Shown piece after piece: positions 35,249 to 44,418 of a DNA stretch of 60,505 nt. Every line of letters begins with the position of its first letter. Positions within the stretch are counted from its first letter, which is position 1. The stretch covers positions 1 through 60,505 of IMG/VR virus record IMGVR_UViG_3300011336_000076; one strand, written 5' to 3'. Source of the DNA: a virus (Duplodnaviria; Caudoviricetes). The position numbers and the translations under genes are program-made. Under the pieces are notes generated by a model. It was not told where the DNA came from, did not search any database, and saw only the letters and a program-made list of their open reading frames with translations.

Positions 35249-37486
35249 TTAGTTTCCTTCAAGTTGTTTAACACGGGCAGACAATTCTTTTACTGCGTTA
35301 ATTAAGTACCAAGTCAGGTTATCGGTGTCCACAGACAGAACACCAGTAGATTCTTGCTTAACGCACTCAGGTAGAACGGCTTGCAGTTCTTGGGCAATCA
35401 CGCCTAGTTGAACACCTGATTTTTTAATTGCGTCAGTTGGTTTGAGTTCGGCATCAACTTCATCGGGCAAACGATACTCAAAGTTGCGTACTCGAATAGA
35501 GTTGATCTTGCTTAAACCATCATTATTATCGGCAATGTTTTTCTTTAGGCGTTGGTCAGATGTGGTTGACCAAGATGATGAGTTGTTTCCTTGATAAACA
35601 CCACCACCATTAGCATTGATAAATCCTGTGCTACCGCCTTTACCAGTTGTGCTGTATCCAGTAGAAATGTGCATTTCATCTGAAGCTGAACTAGAACTTA
35701 TATTAGTAAGATACCCAATATGAATATTACGTAATCCTGTGGTTAATCCTTGACCAGAACCAGTACCAATACAAATATTTGAGCCACCAGTTGTTATGTT
35801 ATATCCAGCCTCTTTTCCTAAAACAGAATTCTCATAGCCTGTCGTGCAAGAATAAAGTGATGTTTTTCCTATAGAAGTGTTGCCATTTCCTGTGGTGTTA
35901 GCGTTAAGTGCATACCCCCCAAAAGCAGAATTGTTATCTGCTGTGGTGCTGGAGTACAGTGCCGACATGCCAAGCGCAGTATTGCTAGTACCCGTGGTGT
36001 TAGCGTTAAGTGCATACGTTCCAAAAGCGGAATTGTAACTACCCGTTGTGTTGCTTCTTAATGCTTCAAGACCAGCCATTGAATTCTGAATTCCAGTGGT
36101 CATTAGGTAGCCAGATTGGTATCCAACGGCAGTATTGCTATATCCCGTTGATTGCGAATACAGTGCTTGATAGCCTATTGCGGTTGTATATCCATTTGAG
36201 CCACTTAAACTATAAACCGATTGAAACCCTACAGCGGTGTTGAAAGATGATGTGGTGTTTGTGTAAAGTGATTGAGAGCCAAATGCTGTATTGGTTGCGC
36301 CCGTTGTATTGGCTTGAAGGGCATAATAACCAGTGGCAGTATTATTTGATGCCGTGGTGTTGCCAACAAGCGCACCATAGCCAACCCCAACATTGTTACT
36401 TCCAGTGGTGTTAAGTGCAAGTGCATATGCGCCAACAGCAACATCATATTGGCCTGTATTGGTAGCCCCTAACGCATTAAAACCAACAGCGGTATTTTCA
36501 ACACCCGTAGTATTTGCATCTAATGCGGCATAACCTATTGCAGTGTTGTTAGATGCTGTATTTAAATTTAATGCTTGATAACCAATAGCAGTTACACCAG
36601 TTGCAGAAGTAGTGGTAGTTGCGGCCTGATAACCCAATGCAACAGCCGCAGTTGTTGATGGAGTAACACCATACACAGTACCCAATGCAGTAGGCGTAGC
36701 GGCAGAAGCACCACCACCAGAAGCAGCAATCGTAATTGCACCGTTACCATTGGTAATCGTAATGCCTGTACCTTGCGTTAACGTTGCTTTGGTTAGTGTG
36801 TTACCGCTGCTATTGCCAATCAATAATTGACCATCGGTGTATGAAGTCTGTCCTGTACCGCCGTTGGCTACTGGTAGTGTTCCAGTTACGCCTGTAGTTA
36901 ATGGAAGTCCTGTGCCATTCGTAAGAGTGACAGACTGAGGTGTGCCCAGAATTGGGGTAACAAGTGTTGGCGAAGTTGATAGAACAACAGCAACAGTACC
37001 AGTGGATGTTGCAACGCCTGTACCGCCGTTAACAACTGGAAGAATGCCTTTAACGTCCGCTGTCAAGTCAATGACGCTCTTAGAGATCAATACAAAATCT
37101 GAACCGTTCCAAGCAATCAAAGCCTTTTCGCCGTTTGCAACAGTCACACCGGGTGTTGTTGGGCCAGAACCTACCACCTTGACACTAAAACCGCCCGTTG
37201 TGGCGTTGATGACAATATAGGCTTTAGACTGCGCAGGGGCAGTAATGGTTTTGAGTGTTGTTCGAGCACCAGTGCAAAGCAGTACCGCATTACGCGCTTG
37301 ATTAGCAGCGCCATTGGTAGTGGTTAGTGTGACATCGGCATCAGTACTAAGAGTAGTAGTTCCCGCAACAGCAGAGTCAAGTAACCCTGTTATAGAGTCA
37401 TTGACGGTGGTGCCCCACGTACCCGATAAATCCCCTGTAGTTGGCAGTGCCAGACCAAGCAAGGGAGAAAAATTAGTTACTGCCAT
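35249..37486 (-). CDS. tail fibre with C-terminal intramolecular chaperone (peptidase S74)
   Basis: GTWG...N N-terminus, LPVANGGTG repeats, ~14-aa NTAVGY.AL..NTTG repeats, SDQRLKKNI...GVIAQE. Confidence 0.9.
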   Translation of the reverse strand: MAVTNFSPLLGLALPTTGDLSGTWGTTVNDSITGLLDSAVAGTTTLSTDADVTLTTTNGAANQARNAVLLCTGARTTLKTITAPAQSKAYIVINATTGGFSVKVVGSGPTTPGVTVANGEKALIAWNGSDFVLISKSVIDLTADVKGILPVVNGGTGVATSTGTVAVVLSTSPTLVTPILGTPQSVTLTNGTGLPLTTGVTGTLPVANGGTGQTSYTDGQLLIGNSSGNTLTKATLTQGTGITITNGNGAITIAASGGGASAATPTALGTVYGVTPSTTAAVALGYQAATTTTSATGVTAIGYQALNLNTASNNTAIGYAALDANTTGVENTAVGFNALGATNTGQYDVAVGAYALALNTTGSNNVGVGYGALVGNTTASNNTATGYYALQANTTGATNTAFGSQSLYTNTTSSFNTAVGFQSVYSLSGSNGYTTAIGYQALYSQSTGYSNTAVGYQSGYLMTTGIQNSMAGLEALRSNTTGSYNSAFGTYALNANTTGTSNTALGMSALYSSTTADNNSAFGGYALNANTTGNGNTSIGKTSLYSCTTGYENSVLGKEAGYNITTGGSNICIGTGSGQGLTTGLRNIHIGYLTNISSSSASDEMHISTGYSTTGKGGSTGFINANGGGVYQGNNSSSWSTTSDQRLKKNIADNNDGLSKINSIRVRNFEYRLPDEVDAELKPTDAIKKSGVQLGVIAQELQAVLPECVKQESTGVLSVDTDNLTWYLINAVKELSARVKQLEGN

Positions 37487-37497
37487 ATCATTATCCT

Positions 37498-38190
37498 TTA
37501 CACAACCATTTCAACATTTTGCCAGTTAGGGGTTTGGCTATCATTGATCACTGACCAATTAGGGGTTTGACCATCATCAATCACTGACCAATAGAATATC
37601 CCAACATCCCCAACTTGTCCCATTGCTTCGCACCCTGTAATTGCTACCAAACGTGTGCCCATAGAGATAGTACCAACTGTACCAGAGGCGGCTACCCCAG
37701 ACAAGGCAACAGTCCGGCTATGCGATACCGTACCTACTTCACCTGTGGCTACAACTCCGTCTTCAGTTGGAGAGTTAGTTTCCGTTACTGTGCCAACTTC
37801 GCCAACAGCTTCTACTCCAGTAATTCCAAAAACTACTACTGGGGAGACAGTCCCAACTTCGCCCGAAGCCGCTACTCCCATCAGAGCAACAGTTAGGCTT
37901 TGTACTACTGTGCCTACCTCACCTGTAGCTACAACACCATCTTCGGTTGGGGAATTAGTTTCGGTGACTGTACCCACATCACCAGAAGCCTCAACCCCCG
38001 TAAGCGCGATACTCCTGTCTGCTACTGATACAGACCCTACATTTCCAGAAGCCTCAACTCCCGTAAGAGCAACAGCCCCGCTTTGTAATACCGTACCTAC
38101 TTCACCGGACGCAGTAACCCCTGTCAGGGCATCCTGAGAACCGCCCCAAGTGTTATCTCCCCAACCATCTACGCCCCATCCGGTTGCCAT
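37498..38190 (-). CDS. repeat-rich tail/fibre protein
   Basis: GWG..GWG..WGG N-terminus; about 8 LTGV.A.G.VGTV repeats. Confidence 0.75.
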   Translation of the reverse strand: MATGWGVDGWGDNTWGGSQDALTGVTASGEVGTVLQSGAVALTGVEASGNVGSVSVADRSIALTGVEASGDVGTVTETNSPTEDGVVATGEVGTVVQSLTVALMGVAASGEVGTVSPVVVFGITGVEAVGEVGTVTETNSPTEDGVVATGEVGTVSHSRTVALSGVAASGTVGTISMGTRLVAITGCEAMGQVGDVGIFYWSVIDDGQTPNWSVINDSQTPNWQNVEMVV

Positions 38191-38214
38191 AATTCGGCTC
38201 CTATAAGAAGCCTA

Positions 38215-38724
38215 TTAGGTTGTAGCCAAGCGGATCAAAGCAGTCGAAGTTGTATTAGACGGCATTGTCAGTGTGAACGTGCCAGCAGTGATTGTCTGTG
38301 AACCAAACGTATGGATACTTACAGCAGGATAAGCACCAGCCGAACCTTGCGTCAAGTTGTAAATCATCACCGCATCAAAAGCCGTAGACAAAGTTACCGT
38401 TGTGTAGGTGATACTGGCAGATGGTGTCCAGAAAGCCACGCCCGCAGTTGCGGATGAATTGGTGGCTGTAGGAGGAGTTGCATTTGTAATAGCCACGCCA
38501 CCAGCGGTGTAACCCGTGCCAGATACTTCGCCAGACATAGTGACAGAACCAACCGTACCAGTGTAGTTAGAAGAAGACGCGTTAAATGTAGCACTTGCTA
38601 GTAGCAAAGCGCCGTAGTAAGTATCCGCAGTGGTAGTTGCGCGAATAACGCCCGTACCAAAATTATGTGTACCCGTCATGAGCTTACCCATAAACGAAGT
38701 AGACATTGCTTGTGTATTTGCCAT
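38215..38724 (-). CDS. tail structural protein (paralog A)
   Basis: GTHNF...GEVSGTGYTAGG...FG...AGTFTLTMP...ALIRL. Confidence 0.75.
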   Translation of the reverse strand: MANTQAMSTSFMGKLMTGTHNFGTGVIRATTTADTYYGALLLASATFNASSSNYTGTVGSVTMSGEVSGTGYTAGGVAITNATPPTATNSSATAGVAFWTPSASITYTTVTLSTAFDAVMIYNLTQGSAGAYPAVSIHTFGSQTITAGTFTLTMPSNTTSTALIRLATT

Positions 38725-38734
38725 GTTAGGCTCC

Positions 38735-38929
38735 TTAAGTAAAAGATGCGGCTTCAGCCGAAAACATCACCGCTTTTTTCAATTGAACATGGGCAGAACG
38801 ATGCACAAGTTCTCCATCTAACCAATACTCCACCCATGTGGTTGATTCGTTGTCATTATCGACTGAACCTTCTTTTTTCTCAAGAAGAGATTCGTCCATT
38901 TCGCCTTTGGTGGTTGTAACCAGTGCCAT
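38735..38929 (-). CDS. conserved small phage protein
   Basis: TTKGEMDESLLEKKEG...WVEYWLDGELVHRS. Confidence 0.8.
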   Translation of the reverse strand: MALVTTTKGEMDESLLEKKEGSVDNDNESTTWVEYWLDGELVHRSAHVQLKKAVMFSAEAASFT

Positions 38930-38937
38930 ATTTTCTC

Positions 38938-39360
38938 CTATACAAGTCTAATGAGTGCAGCCGTGCTAGTGTTAGCAGGCATCGTTACAGTAAACGTACT
39001 TGTTGATGTCACGTTATTTCCAAAGTCCAGAACACAAACAGCGCCATTAGCCCCGGCTTTATAAATCAACGCGCCACGAGCCGTAATTGCACCAGTCCAC
39101 GCTGGGCTGGAAAAATTAACGTAAATAGTACTGCTGTTTGAACTAAGCGCAGTATTCACGGTCGCCGTTACTATTTGACCACCAGCTACATAATTACCAC
39201 CAGAAGTTTCACCATCAGATGTGTAGGCCGTAGTCAGTTGGTTTAGAGTAGCAGAGTTGGTATACAACGCCAGTCGAAACGTGTCAGTTGAAAAATTCAA
39301 CGTGCCGTTAATCAAGCCTGTGCGCAACGTATTGCAGGAGTAGTTACCTGTAAAAGCCAT
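38938..39360 (-). CDS. tail structural protein (paralog B)
   Basis: DTFRLALYT...Y.AGG...ARGALIY...VLDFG...FTVTMP...ALIRL. Confidence 0.75.
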   Translation of the reverse strand: MAFTGNYSCNTLRTGLINGTLNFSTDTFRLALYTNSATLNQLTTAYTSDGETSGGNYVAGGQIVTATVNTALSSNSSTIYVNFSSPAWTGAITARGALIYKAGANGAVCVLDFGNNVTSTSTFTVTMPANTSTAALIRLV

Positions 39361-40058
39361 CAGGTCACCGCCTGTCTATATTGACCAGAACGATAAGCAT
39401 CCTGACGCTCCATACCATCACCAAGGCGTTTAGCTTGTGCAAGAGCTTCTTTGTATTTGCCGTCGTACAAAGCAAGCATGTCTGCCTCACCTTTCATGAA
39501 CGTATAAGCCTCAACCAGTGAGCCATACAAGAGCACTGTGTCAAAGTTATCGCCAAGCCATGAAGTGCCAGCAGTCACAATAGACTCTGGGTAGTAATAG
39601 AAATGAAGCTCTACCGTATACGCAGCATCAGGAGTTGGGCCAAGAATAAACGTCAGTTCAGTTGTAATTGCGCTACCGGCAATTGCAGGGCCAAACAATG
39701 CGTAATATTTTGGGATGCCAACATCTGTTGTGGGGTTAGGGTATGCCTGACGAATGTAATTTACGTCTTTGTTTAACAAGTACTCGTAGTTACCAGACGC
39801 ATCTATCACAGCCAAAGAATATGTAGCAAGATAGTCGTTTGGGGCTTGAAGATATTTGTTACCTGATTGGATATTACCAACCATATTTTTACGCAAGAAC
39901 GGAAACTGCACCGTGTTATAGATGCGCAATTCAGCTTGTTCAATAAAACGATCAATCTGTTCTTTAGTTGTTTCTGTGGAATTATCGGAAACAGTAAAGT
40001 CCGGAAAATTATTTTCCGTATACGACTGAATGTTAGTGAACAGTTGCGTGTAGTTCAT
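39360..40058 (-). CDS. head-tail adaptor
   Basis: MNYTQL...FIEQAELRI, G.PKYYA, PTPD, LLYGSLVEAY. Confidence 0.75.
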   Translation of the reverse strand: MNYTQLFTNIQSYTENNFPDFTVSDNSTETTKEQIDRFIEQAELRIYNTVQFPFLRKNMVGNIQSGNKYLQAPNDYLATYSLAVIDASGNYEYLLNKDVNYIRQAYPNPTTDVGIPKYYALFGPAIAGSAITTELTFILGPTPDAAYTVELHFYYYPESIVTAGTSWLGDNFDTVLLYGSLVEAYTFMKGEADMLALYDGKYKEALAQAKRLGDGMERQDAYRSGQYRQAVT

Positions 40059-40059
40059 A

Positions 40060-40326
40060 TCAAGCCATTGGGCCTCGTGACATCACGCCTTTGGTAGCAC
40101 AGCCAGTACCGCGCATTTTAATACCAGAGGTCTTTGGTTCTTTGTATGGATCACGACTGATGTTGCCAACAGACATGTTCACATCGTTAGCAGTAAAACG
40201 ATTACCGCCTTGGTAGCCGCTGTTCTTGATGTCCACACCTGCTTCACCGCTCATGTTATGGGGCGGCGCATAAACGCTGGCATCGCCAACTTCTTTACCC
40301 ATCATTTTTTTGCTAAAAGTGGCCAT
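40060..40326 (-). CDS. small basic late protein
   Basis: AAGGAG RBS; C-terminal KMRGTGCATKG. Confidence 0.75.
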   Translation of the reverse strand: MATFSKKMMGKEVGDASVYAPPHNMSGEAGVDIKNSGYQGGNRFTANDVNMSVGNISRDPYKEPKTSGIKMRGTGCATKGVMSRGPMA

Positions 40327-40327
40327 A

Positions 40328-40531
40328 TCAAGCTCCTTTTTTGTATGTGAAGGAAGACTTCTTCTGGTTAGCCACTTTGGCCAAACCACGCCCCAACTGC
40401 TTCATTTGCAGGTTGGTCTTACCACCCTTGGCTAATTTGGTCATAGGCTGACCGGGATGCAGCTTTTTTTCGTGCTTGTGCACGGCTCCAGCCATCATCT
40501 TTTTGTCCTGTTTTAAATCCGCTTTGTCCAT
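40328..40531 (-). CDS. small basic late protein with AKGG motif
   Basis: AAGGAG RBS; AVHKHEKKLHPG...LAKGG. Confidence 0.75.
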   Translation of the reverse strand: MDKADLKQDKKMMAGAVHKHEKKLHPGQPMTKLAKGGKTNLQMKQLGRGLAKVANQKKSSFTYKKGA

Positions 40532-40541
40532 TTCAAGCTCC

Positions 40542-40970
40542 TTATGTAACTGTAACCGTAACTGTACCAAGTTCTATTGCTAACACCAAGCTATTTGGCG
40601 TTAAAAGTGTATCAAACCCACTTGCCCCACCAACGGGACTCCAGCCCCATTCAAAGACCCGACTGCCTTGTTCTGGATAACCAAACCCATCTTGAGTAGT
40701 GCTATCAGTCAGCAAAATTTGTAAGCCACTTTGACCAGAGACTTGGTAGCTCACATCAGGACGTGGTTCACGCACGGCTTGCGGATCATTGACTGGATAC
40801 ATACCCAGTTGCAACTGCGGCTGATCGGGATCCCAACATGCTGGGCAAACCTTGACCTTAAATGGCTTAGTCTTGACTACCTGTGTCTTTAATTCCTTGA
40901 GCATGTACCTCTGCGCACAACGGTCGCATTCAGCAATTGCATGCTTACCAGAAGCAAAACGATTAGGCAT
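40542..40970 (-). CDS. CxxC-CxxC putative zinc-binding protein
   Basis: CDRC...CPAC.DPDQPQ. Confidence 0.8.
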   Translation of the reverse strand: MPNRFASGKHAIAECDRCAQRYMLKELKTQVVKTKPFKVKVCPACWDPDQPQLQLGMYPVNDPQAVREPRPDVSYQVSGQSGLQILLTDSTTQDGFGYPEQGSRVFEWGWSPVGGASGFDTLLTPNSLVLAIELGTVTVTVT

Positions 40971-41895
40971 AGAACAAATTTCTTGGCACGAATCTCAACG
41001 GAGAGGTATCGCGGTCTTCTGACTGAGCCAATTCCCACTGCTGTTCATAATCGGCTTTAAGCGCCATTGTGCGGTTTGGATCAACATTTGGCAGCTTCAT
41101 ACTTAACAAATAAGCCAAGCCCGCTACCATGCAGGGGATAAAACGGAATGGAATATCTTGTACAGTTACACCAGAACCAGCGTCTTGAATACGGCGCATG
41201 CGGTAGTACACAAACATGTACTGGTCACCGGGCGAGTTAGGCGTAGGCCACACATTGATTGCTGGAAGATTTTGTACAGTGATAGCCGCGCCAGTAGTAT
41301 GCGCCGCAGCGGTTGTGCCGTTCTGCCCACGAGCGCAGTTGATCAACTGGTTGTTTACCGGGTCTACATTGGGGTAACTGATTGTTTCGTTGTCAATTTT
41401 GATAAACCCAGCAGTCGTTAAGTTAGCCACATTTGACACTGTGATTGTGGTGGCTGTAGACGATATAGTGCCGTTTAAAGTAACAGTAGACAGGTTTTCT
41501 TGACCAGACTGGCGATTAAACCAATATTGGATTGGGCGACCTTGCGCCAACTTGTTTGGCAGACTCATGTAGGTTGATTCGGAAATACTGCTGATGTTGA
41601 TATCAATCTGGTTAGATGTGCCGTTACTTTGGCGTACAACGGTGTCTAGGAGGTTGATTGTGTCTACCGGCATAGGGTAGATAGCCTGACCCGTCACCAT
41701 TGGAATCTGGCCCTGTTCTACAGTCCAGAAGTTTAAACCCCGGTTTGCCCACTCAATCGTCAACAGGTTCAATGACCGACGTGCAGTGCGGAAGTTATAG
41801 CCCGTGCGAAGTTCTTGACCGCAACGTTCAAACGCCTCTTCAATGAGGTCGTTCATGTCGAGGTTAAAGGCTGTAGTTCCGGTGGTCTTAGCCAT
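40963..41895 (-). CDS. head-tail adaptor/connector with an inserted beta domain
   Basis: IEEAFERCG...ARRSLNLL..EWANRG; inserted LNGTI...ARGQNGTTAAAH domain. Confidence 0.75.
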   Translation of the reverse strand: MAKTTGTTAFNLDMNDLIEEAFERCGQELRTGYNFRTARRSLNLLTIEWANRGLNFWTVEQGQIPMVTGQAIYPMPVDTINLLDTVVRQSNGTSNQIDINISSISESTYMSLPNKLAQGRPIQYWFNRQSGQENLSTVTLNGTISSTATTITVSNVANLTTAGFIKIDNETISYPNVDPVNNQLINCARGQNGTTAAAHTTGAAITVQNLPAINVWPTPNSPGDQYMFVYYRMRRIQDAGSGVTVQDIPFRFIPCMVAGLAYLLSMKLPNVDPNRTMALKADYEQQWELAQSEDRDTSPLRFVPRNLFYA

Positions 41896-42128
41896 TATCT
41901 ATACCCTGCTGTTTTCTTTGCGATTGTCTTGGGTTGGGCTACGAATTGTTTTCCGGCGGCTTTTCCTGCCCGCTTGGCTTTGGTCGTCGCAGCGTACTCA
42001 GCAGGGCTGAGACTTTTGATCGCAGCTTCTGGAAGGTATCTTTCACCTGTTTTACTAGACGGTTTTCCACTTTTGGTTCTCCATTTTTGATCACCCCAAT
42101 CCTTTAGGGATTTTTGAGGCGCTTTCAA
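41895..42128 (-). CDS. DUF5872-like protein, C-terminal half
   Basis: QKSLKDW..QKWRTK...RYLP...KQFV. Confidence 0.7.
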   Translation of the reverse strand: MKAPQKSLKDWGDQKWRTKSGKPSSKTGERYLPEAAIKSLSPAEYAATTKAKRAGKAAGKQFVAQPKTIAKKTAGYR

Positions 42129-42400
42129 TCTCGGTAACCCCCGCCAGCCGCCTTGTACTTCTTGGCAACAAGCTGCGCTTTACGTGCCGACCACTGACCT
42201 GCGCCAGTGCCCTGCGTTGCTGCGGCTTTTACCTGCGCCAAAATCTTCTTGCGAAGACTAGGTTTTGTGTAATTGCCAGCGGCGTTTACCTTACCACCCT
42301 CTTTGTATTGGGTGAAATCAGTGTCATCCCGCCGCGCTTTTGTCTTAGCGCCGGGCATTTTTGAGGGGCGGATTGCGCCCATACCACGGGATGCCATCAT
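42125..42400 (-). CDS. DUF5872-like protein, N-terminal half
   Basis: YTKPSLRK...GQWSARKAQL.AKKYKAAGGGY. Confidence 0.7.
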   Translation of the reverse strand: MMASRGMGAIRPSKMPGAKTKARRDDTDFTQYKEGGKVNAAGNYTKPSLRKKILAQVKAAATQGTGAGQWSARKAQLVAKKYKAAGGGYRD

Positions 42401-42404
42401 AATT

Positions 42405-42668
42405 TTAGTAGGCGCAGCCGCCACCCTTCATAGTGATCATAGTGCCACGGGTCTTGCCTTTGATAGCGCAACCATCAGCCCGCTTAGAAGCCGAGCCAAC
42501 AGAACCACCTTTAGCATACCCTTTTTGACCACGAACTGCGTCACGCGGATCTTTTTTCTCAGGCGCGTATTCAGTAGTAGTCAAAGATTTTGTATAAGCT
42601 GCGTCAGTGGCTGCATTCATTTTGCGGTCAGCCATTTCTTCTCGCGCTTGTTTTTCTGCTGGACTCAT
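42405..42668 (-). CDS. small GG-motif late protein
   Basis: AAGGAG RBS; GYAKGG..SASKRADGCAIKGKTRG. Confidence 0.8.
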   Translation of the reverse strand: MSPAEKQAREEMADRKMNAATDAAYTKSLTTTEYAPEKKDPRDAVRGQKGYAKGGSVGSASKRADGCAIKGKTRGTMITMKGGGCAY

Positions 42669-42678
42669 TTGGGACTCC

Positions 42679-43095
42679 TTAGCACTTTCCACCATTTTTC
42701 ATGGTAATCATTGTGCCTTTGGTTTTGCCTTTAATAGCAATACCATCGCCACGTGAAGAAGCAGAAGAAACTTTACCGCCTTTAGCGTAACCTTTTACGT
42801 CTTTACGGGCTTGCATTTGAGCTGCATCATCCATGCTAGTCATTCTGTTTGATCCAAAAAAACTACCGACTGATCTAACTTTGTCCCCAATGGTATCAAG
42901 ACCTTTGTCAAGGAACTTGTTTACCCCATCAGGGTTTAACATTTTTTCACGTTCGTATTTTCTAGCGGATTGTTCATAAACAGCTTTAGCTTTGGCATCG
43001 TCTCTAGCTTGTTTTGCGGCATCTGTGGCTGCTTGTCGCGCCGCAATTTCTGCCTGTTTCTCTGCCCTGTACGCATCATCTTTTAAACCAGCCAT
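42679..43095 (-). CDS. small GG-motif late protein
   Basis: AAGGAG RBS; GYAKGG..SASSRGDGIAIKGKTKG. Confidence 0.8.
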   Translation of the reverse strand: MAGLKDDAYRAEKQAEIAARQAATDAAKQARDDAKAKAVYEQSARKYEREKMLNPDGVNKFLDKGLDTIGDKVRSVGSFFGSNRMTSMDDAAQMQARKDVKGYAKGGKVSSASSRGDGIAIKGKTKGTMITMKNGGKC

Positions 43096-43110
43096 AATAT
43101 TCTCCTTAGA

Positions 43111-43500
43111 TCAGCAAGTTTTGCCGCCCTTTTTCATCACACGGGAACCGATGCCATTAGGCACACCGGAACCAGCCATTTTAATTTGCGCACCTTTGGT
43201 CTTGCCTTTGACAGCAACACCATCTTTGCTAGGAGCCGCTGTCTTAACAGCACCCATCTTAGTCATACCGCCGCCAGCCATTTTCTTAGCAGGAGCGCCT
43301 TTTTTCTTGGCTATCATTGCCATGAAGCCGGGGTTCATCTTAGAAGCCATAGTATCACCGCCTTTTGAAAATTTGCGGCCCTTGTCCGCAGTTGTAAAAT
43401 CTTTGCCCACGGACTGTGGAACGCCTACTTTCTTAGCAAACGATGGCGAATTTGCAATCGCTGCCATGAAATTGTGTTGTTTCTTGCTAACCGAGGGCAC
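43111..43500 (-). CDS. small basic GG-motif late protein
   Basis: FSKGG, MAGGG, DGVAVKGKTKG, MKKGGKTC. Confidence 0.75.
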   Translation of the reverse strand: MPSVSKKQHNFMAAIANSPSFAKKVGVPQSVGKDFTTADKGRKFSKGGDTMASKMNPGFMAMIAKKKGAPAKKMAGGGMTKMGAVKTAAPSKDGVAVKGKTKGAQIKMAGSGVPNGIGSRVMKKGGKTC

Positions 43501-43735
43501 TGCGTTGCTCCTTCATGAAGTCGTCAATCTTGCTCTCAAGTCGGTCTAGTCTTGCAAGTACCCGGTCAATATCGTTGTGAACATCAGACTTGGTTACGTA
43601 TTTCTCAGCATTCTCTTCACGAGTTTTGCTCAACAGAATACTCAAGCGTTTCACTTCATCGTGAGACGCCTTTACCCAGAACATCAGCAGTGCTGATGCA
43701 AAGGAGAGTATTACGTTCCAGACCATCAGTTCCAT
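43487..43735 (-). CDS. membrane-anchored coiled-coil protein
   Basis: N-terminal hydrophobic helix; LDRLESKID. Confidence 0.75.
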   Translation of the reverse strand: MELMVWNVILSFASALLMFWVKASHDEVKRLSILLSKTREENAEKYVTKSDVHNDIDRVLARLDRLESKIDDFMKEQRSALG

Positions 43736-43736
43736 A

Positions 43737-43982
43737 TCAGCAGTTCCAAGCCCGCAAGGACTTATTGATGCGTGAGTTCGGATCGTTCGCCGTCTTCGCG
43801 CTGGTTAGCTTCTTTTTCATGCCACTCATCCTCGCACAGAAAGAGTCTCGCCGGGAGCCGCCTTCGGGCTGGGGACGTTTTAAATTCATGCCTTGCGCTT
43901 TCGCAGAGGCTCGACCTTTGGCGTTCAACCCGCCCTCGGGGTTCTTGCCTTCTTTTCTCGTCCATGCTGGTGACTTAGCCAT
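43737..43982 (-). CDS. small basic protein (DUF6321-like)
   Basis: GGLNAKGR...RRDSFCARM...DPNSR...WNC. Confidence 0.7.
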   Translation of the reverse strand: MAKSPAWTRKEGKNPEGGLNAKGRASAKAQGMNLKRPQPEGGSRRDSFCARMSGMKKKLTSAKTANDPNSRINKSLRAWNC

Positions 43983-44256
43983 AAAACACCGTAATTTTGG
44001 CGTTAGCAGGCAAGGTTATGTGAACGTCTGTACTAAACAAAACGCCTTCGCCGGGTATCGTAAACGACATTGGATTTGTTGGTGCGGTAGCAATATTAAA
44101 TTCTATAAGAATGGGGCCACCGGAACCCCCGTCACGAAAAGTAATGTCGCCAGCAGTGCCGCCAGTTATAAATTGATATCCTCGCACTCGAGTGCGATAG
44201 GCCACCGCAGTTGCTGTAGCCTCTACGTGCACGGACTTTACGTCTGTTTGCATCAT
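43975..44256 (-). CDS. hypothetical virion protein
   Basis: QTDVK...IPGEGVLF...TVFYG. Confidence 0.75.
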   Translation of the reverse strand: MMQTDVKSVHVEATATAVAYRTRVRGYQFITGGTAGDITFRDGGSGGPILIEFNIATAPTNPMSFTIPGEGVLFSTDVHITLPANAKITVFYG

Positions 44257-44417
44257 GATGATTGCTCCGTTTCCGGTTCTGGGGCTTCTAGCCTGTTTAT
44301 GAGCATCTTGTACGCTTGGATCGTGGCTTGAGCCTGAACTAAAAAGGTTTGCGCCTTCTGTGATTCAGTCTCTAAGCTACGAATCTCAGTCTCCAAGAAT
44401 TCCTTGGTGATCTGCAT
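44253..44417 (-). CDS. small coiled-coil protein
   Basis: ATG directly after the upstream stop. Confidence 0.6.
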   Translation of the reverse strand: MQITKEFLETEIRSLETESQKAQTFLVQAQATIQAYKMLINRLEAPEPETEQSS

Positions 44418-44418
44418 A

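Noticed and set aside
35249-37486. Tail fibre as a diversity-generating retroelement or invertible cassette target
   Set aside because: No reverse transcriptase, template repeat or invertase seen
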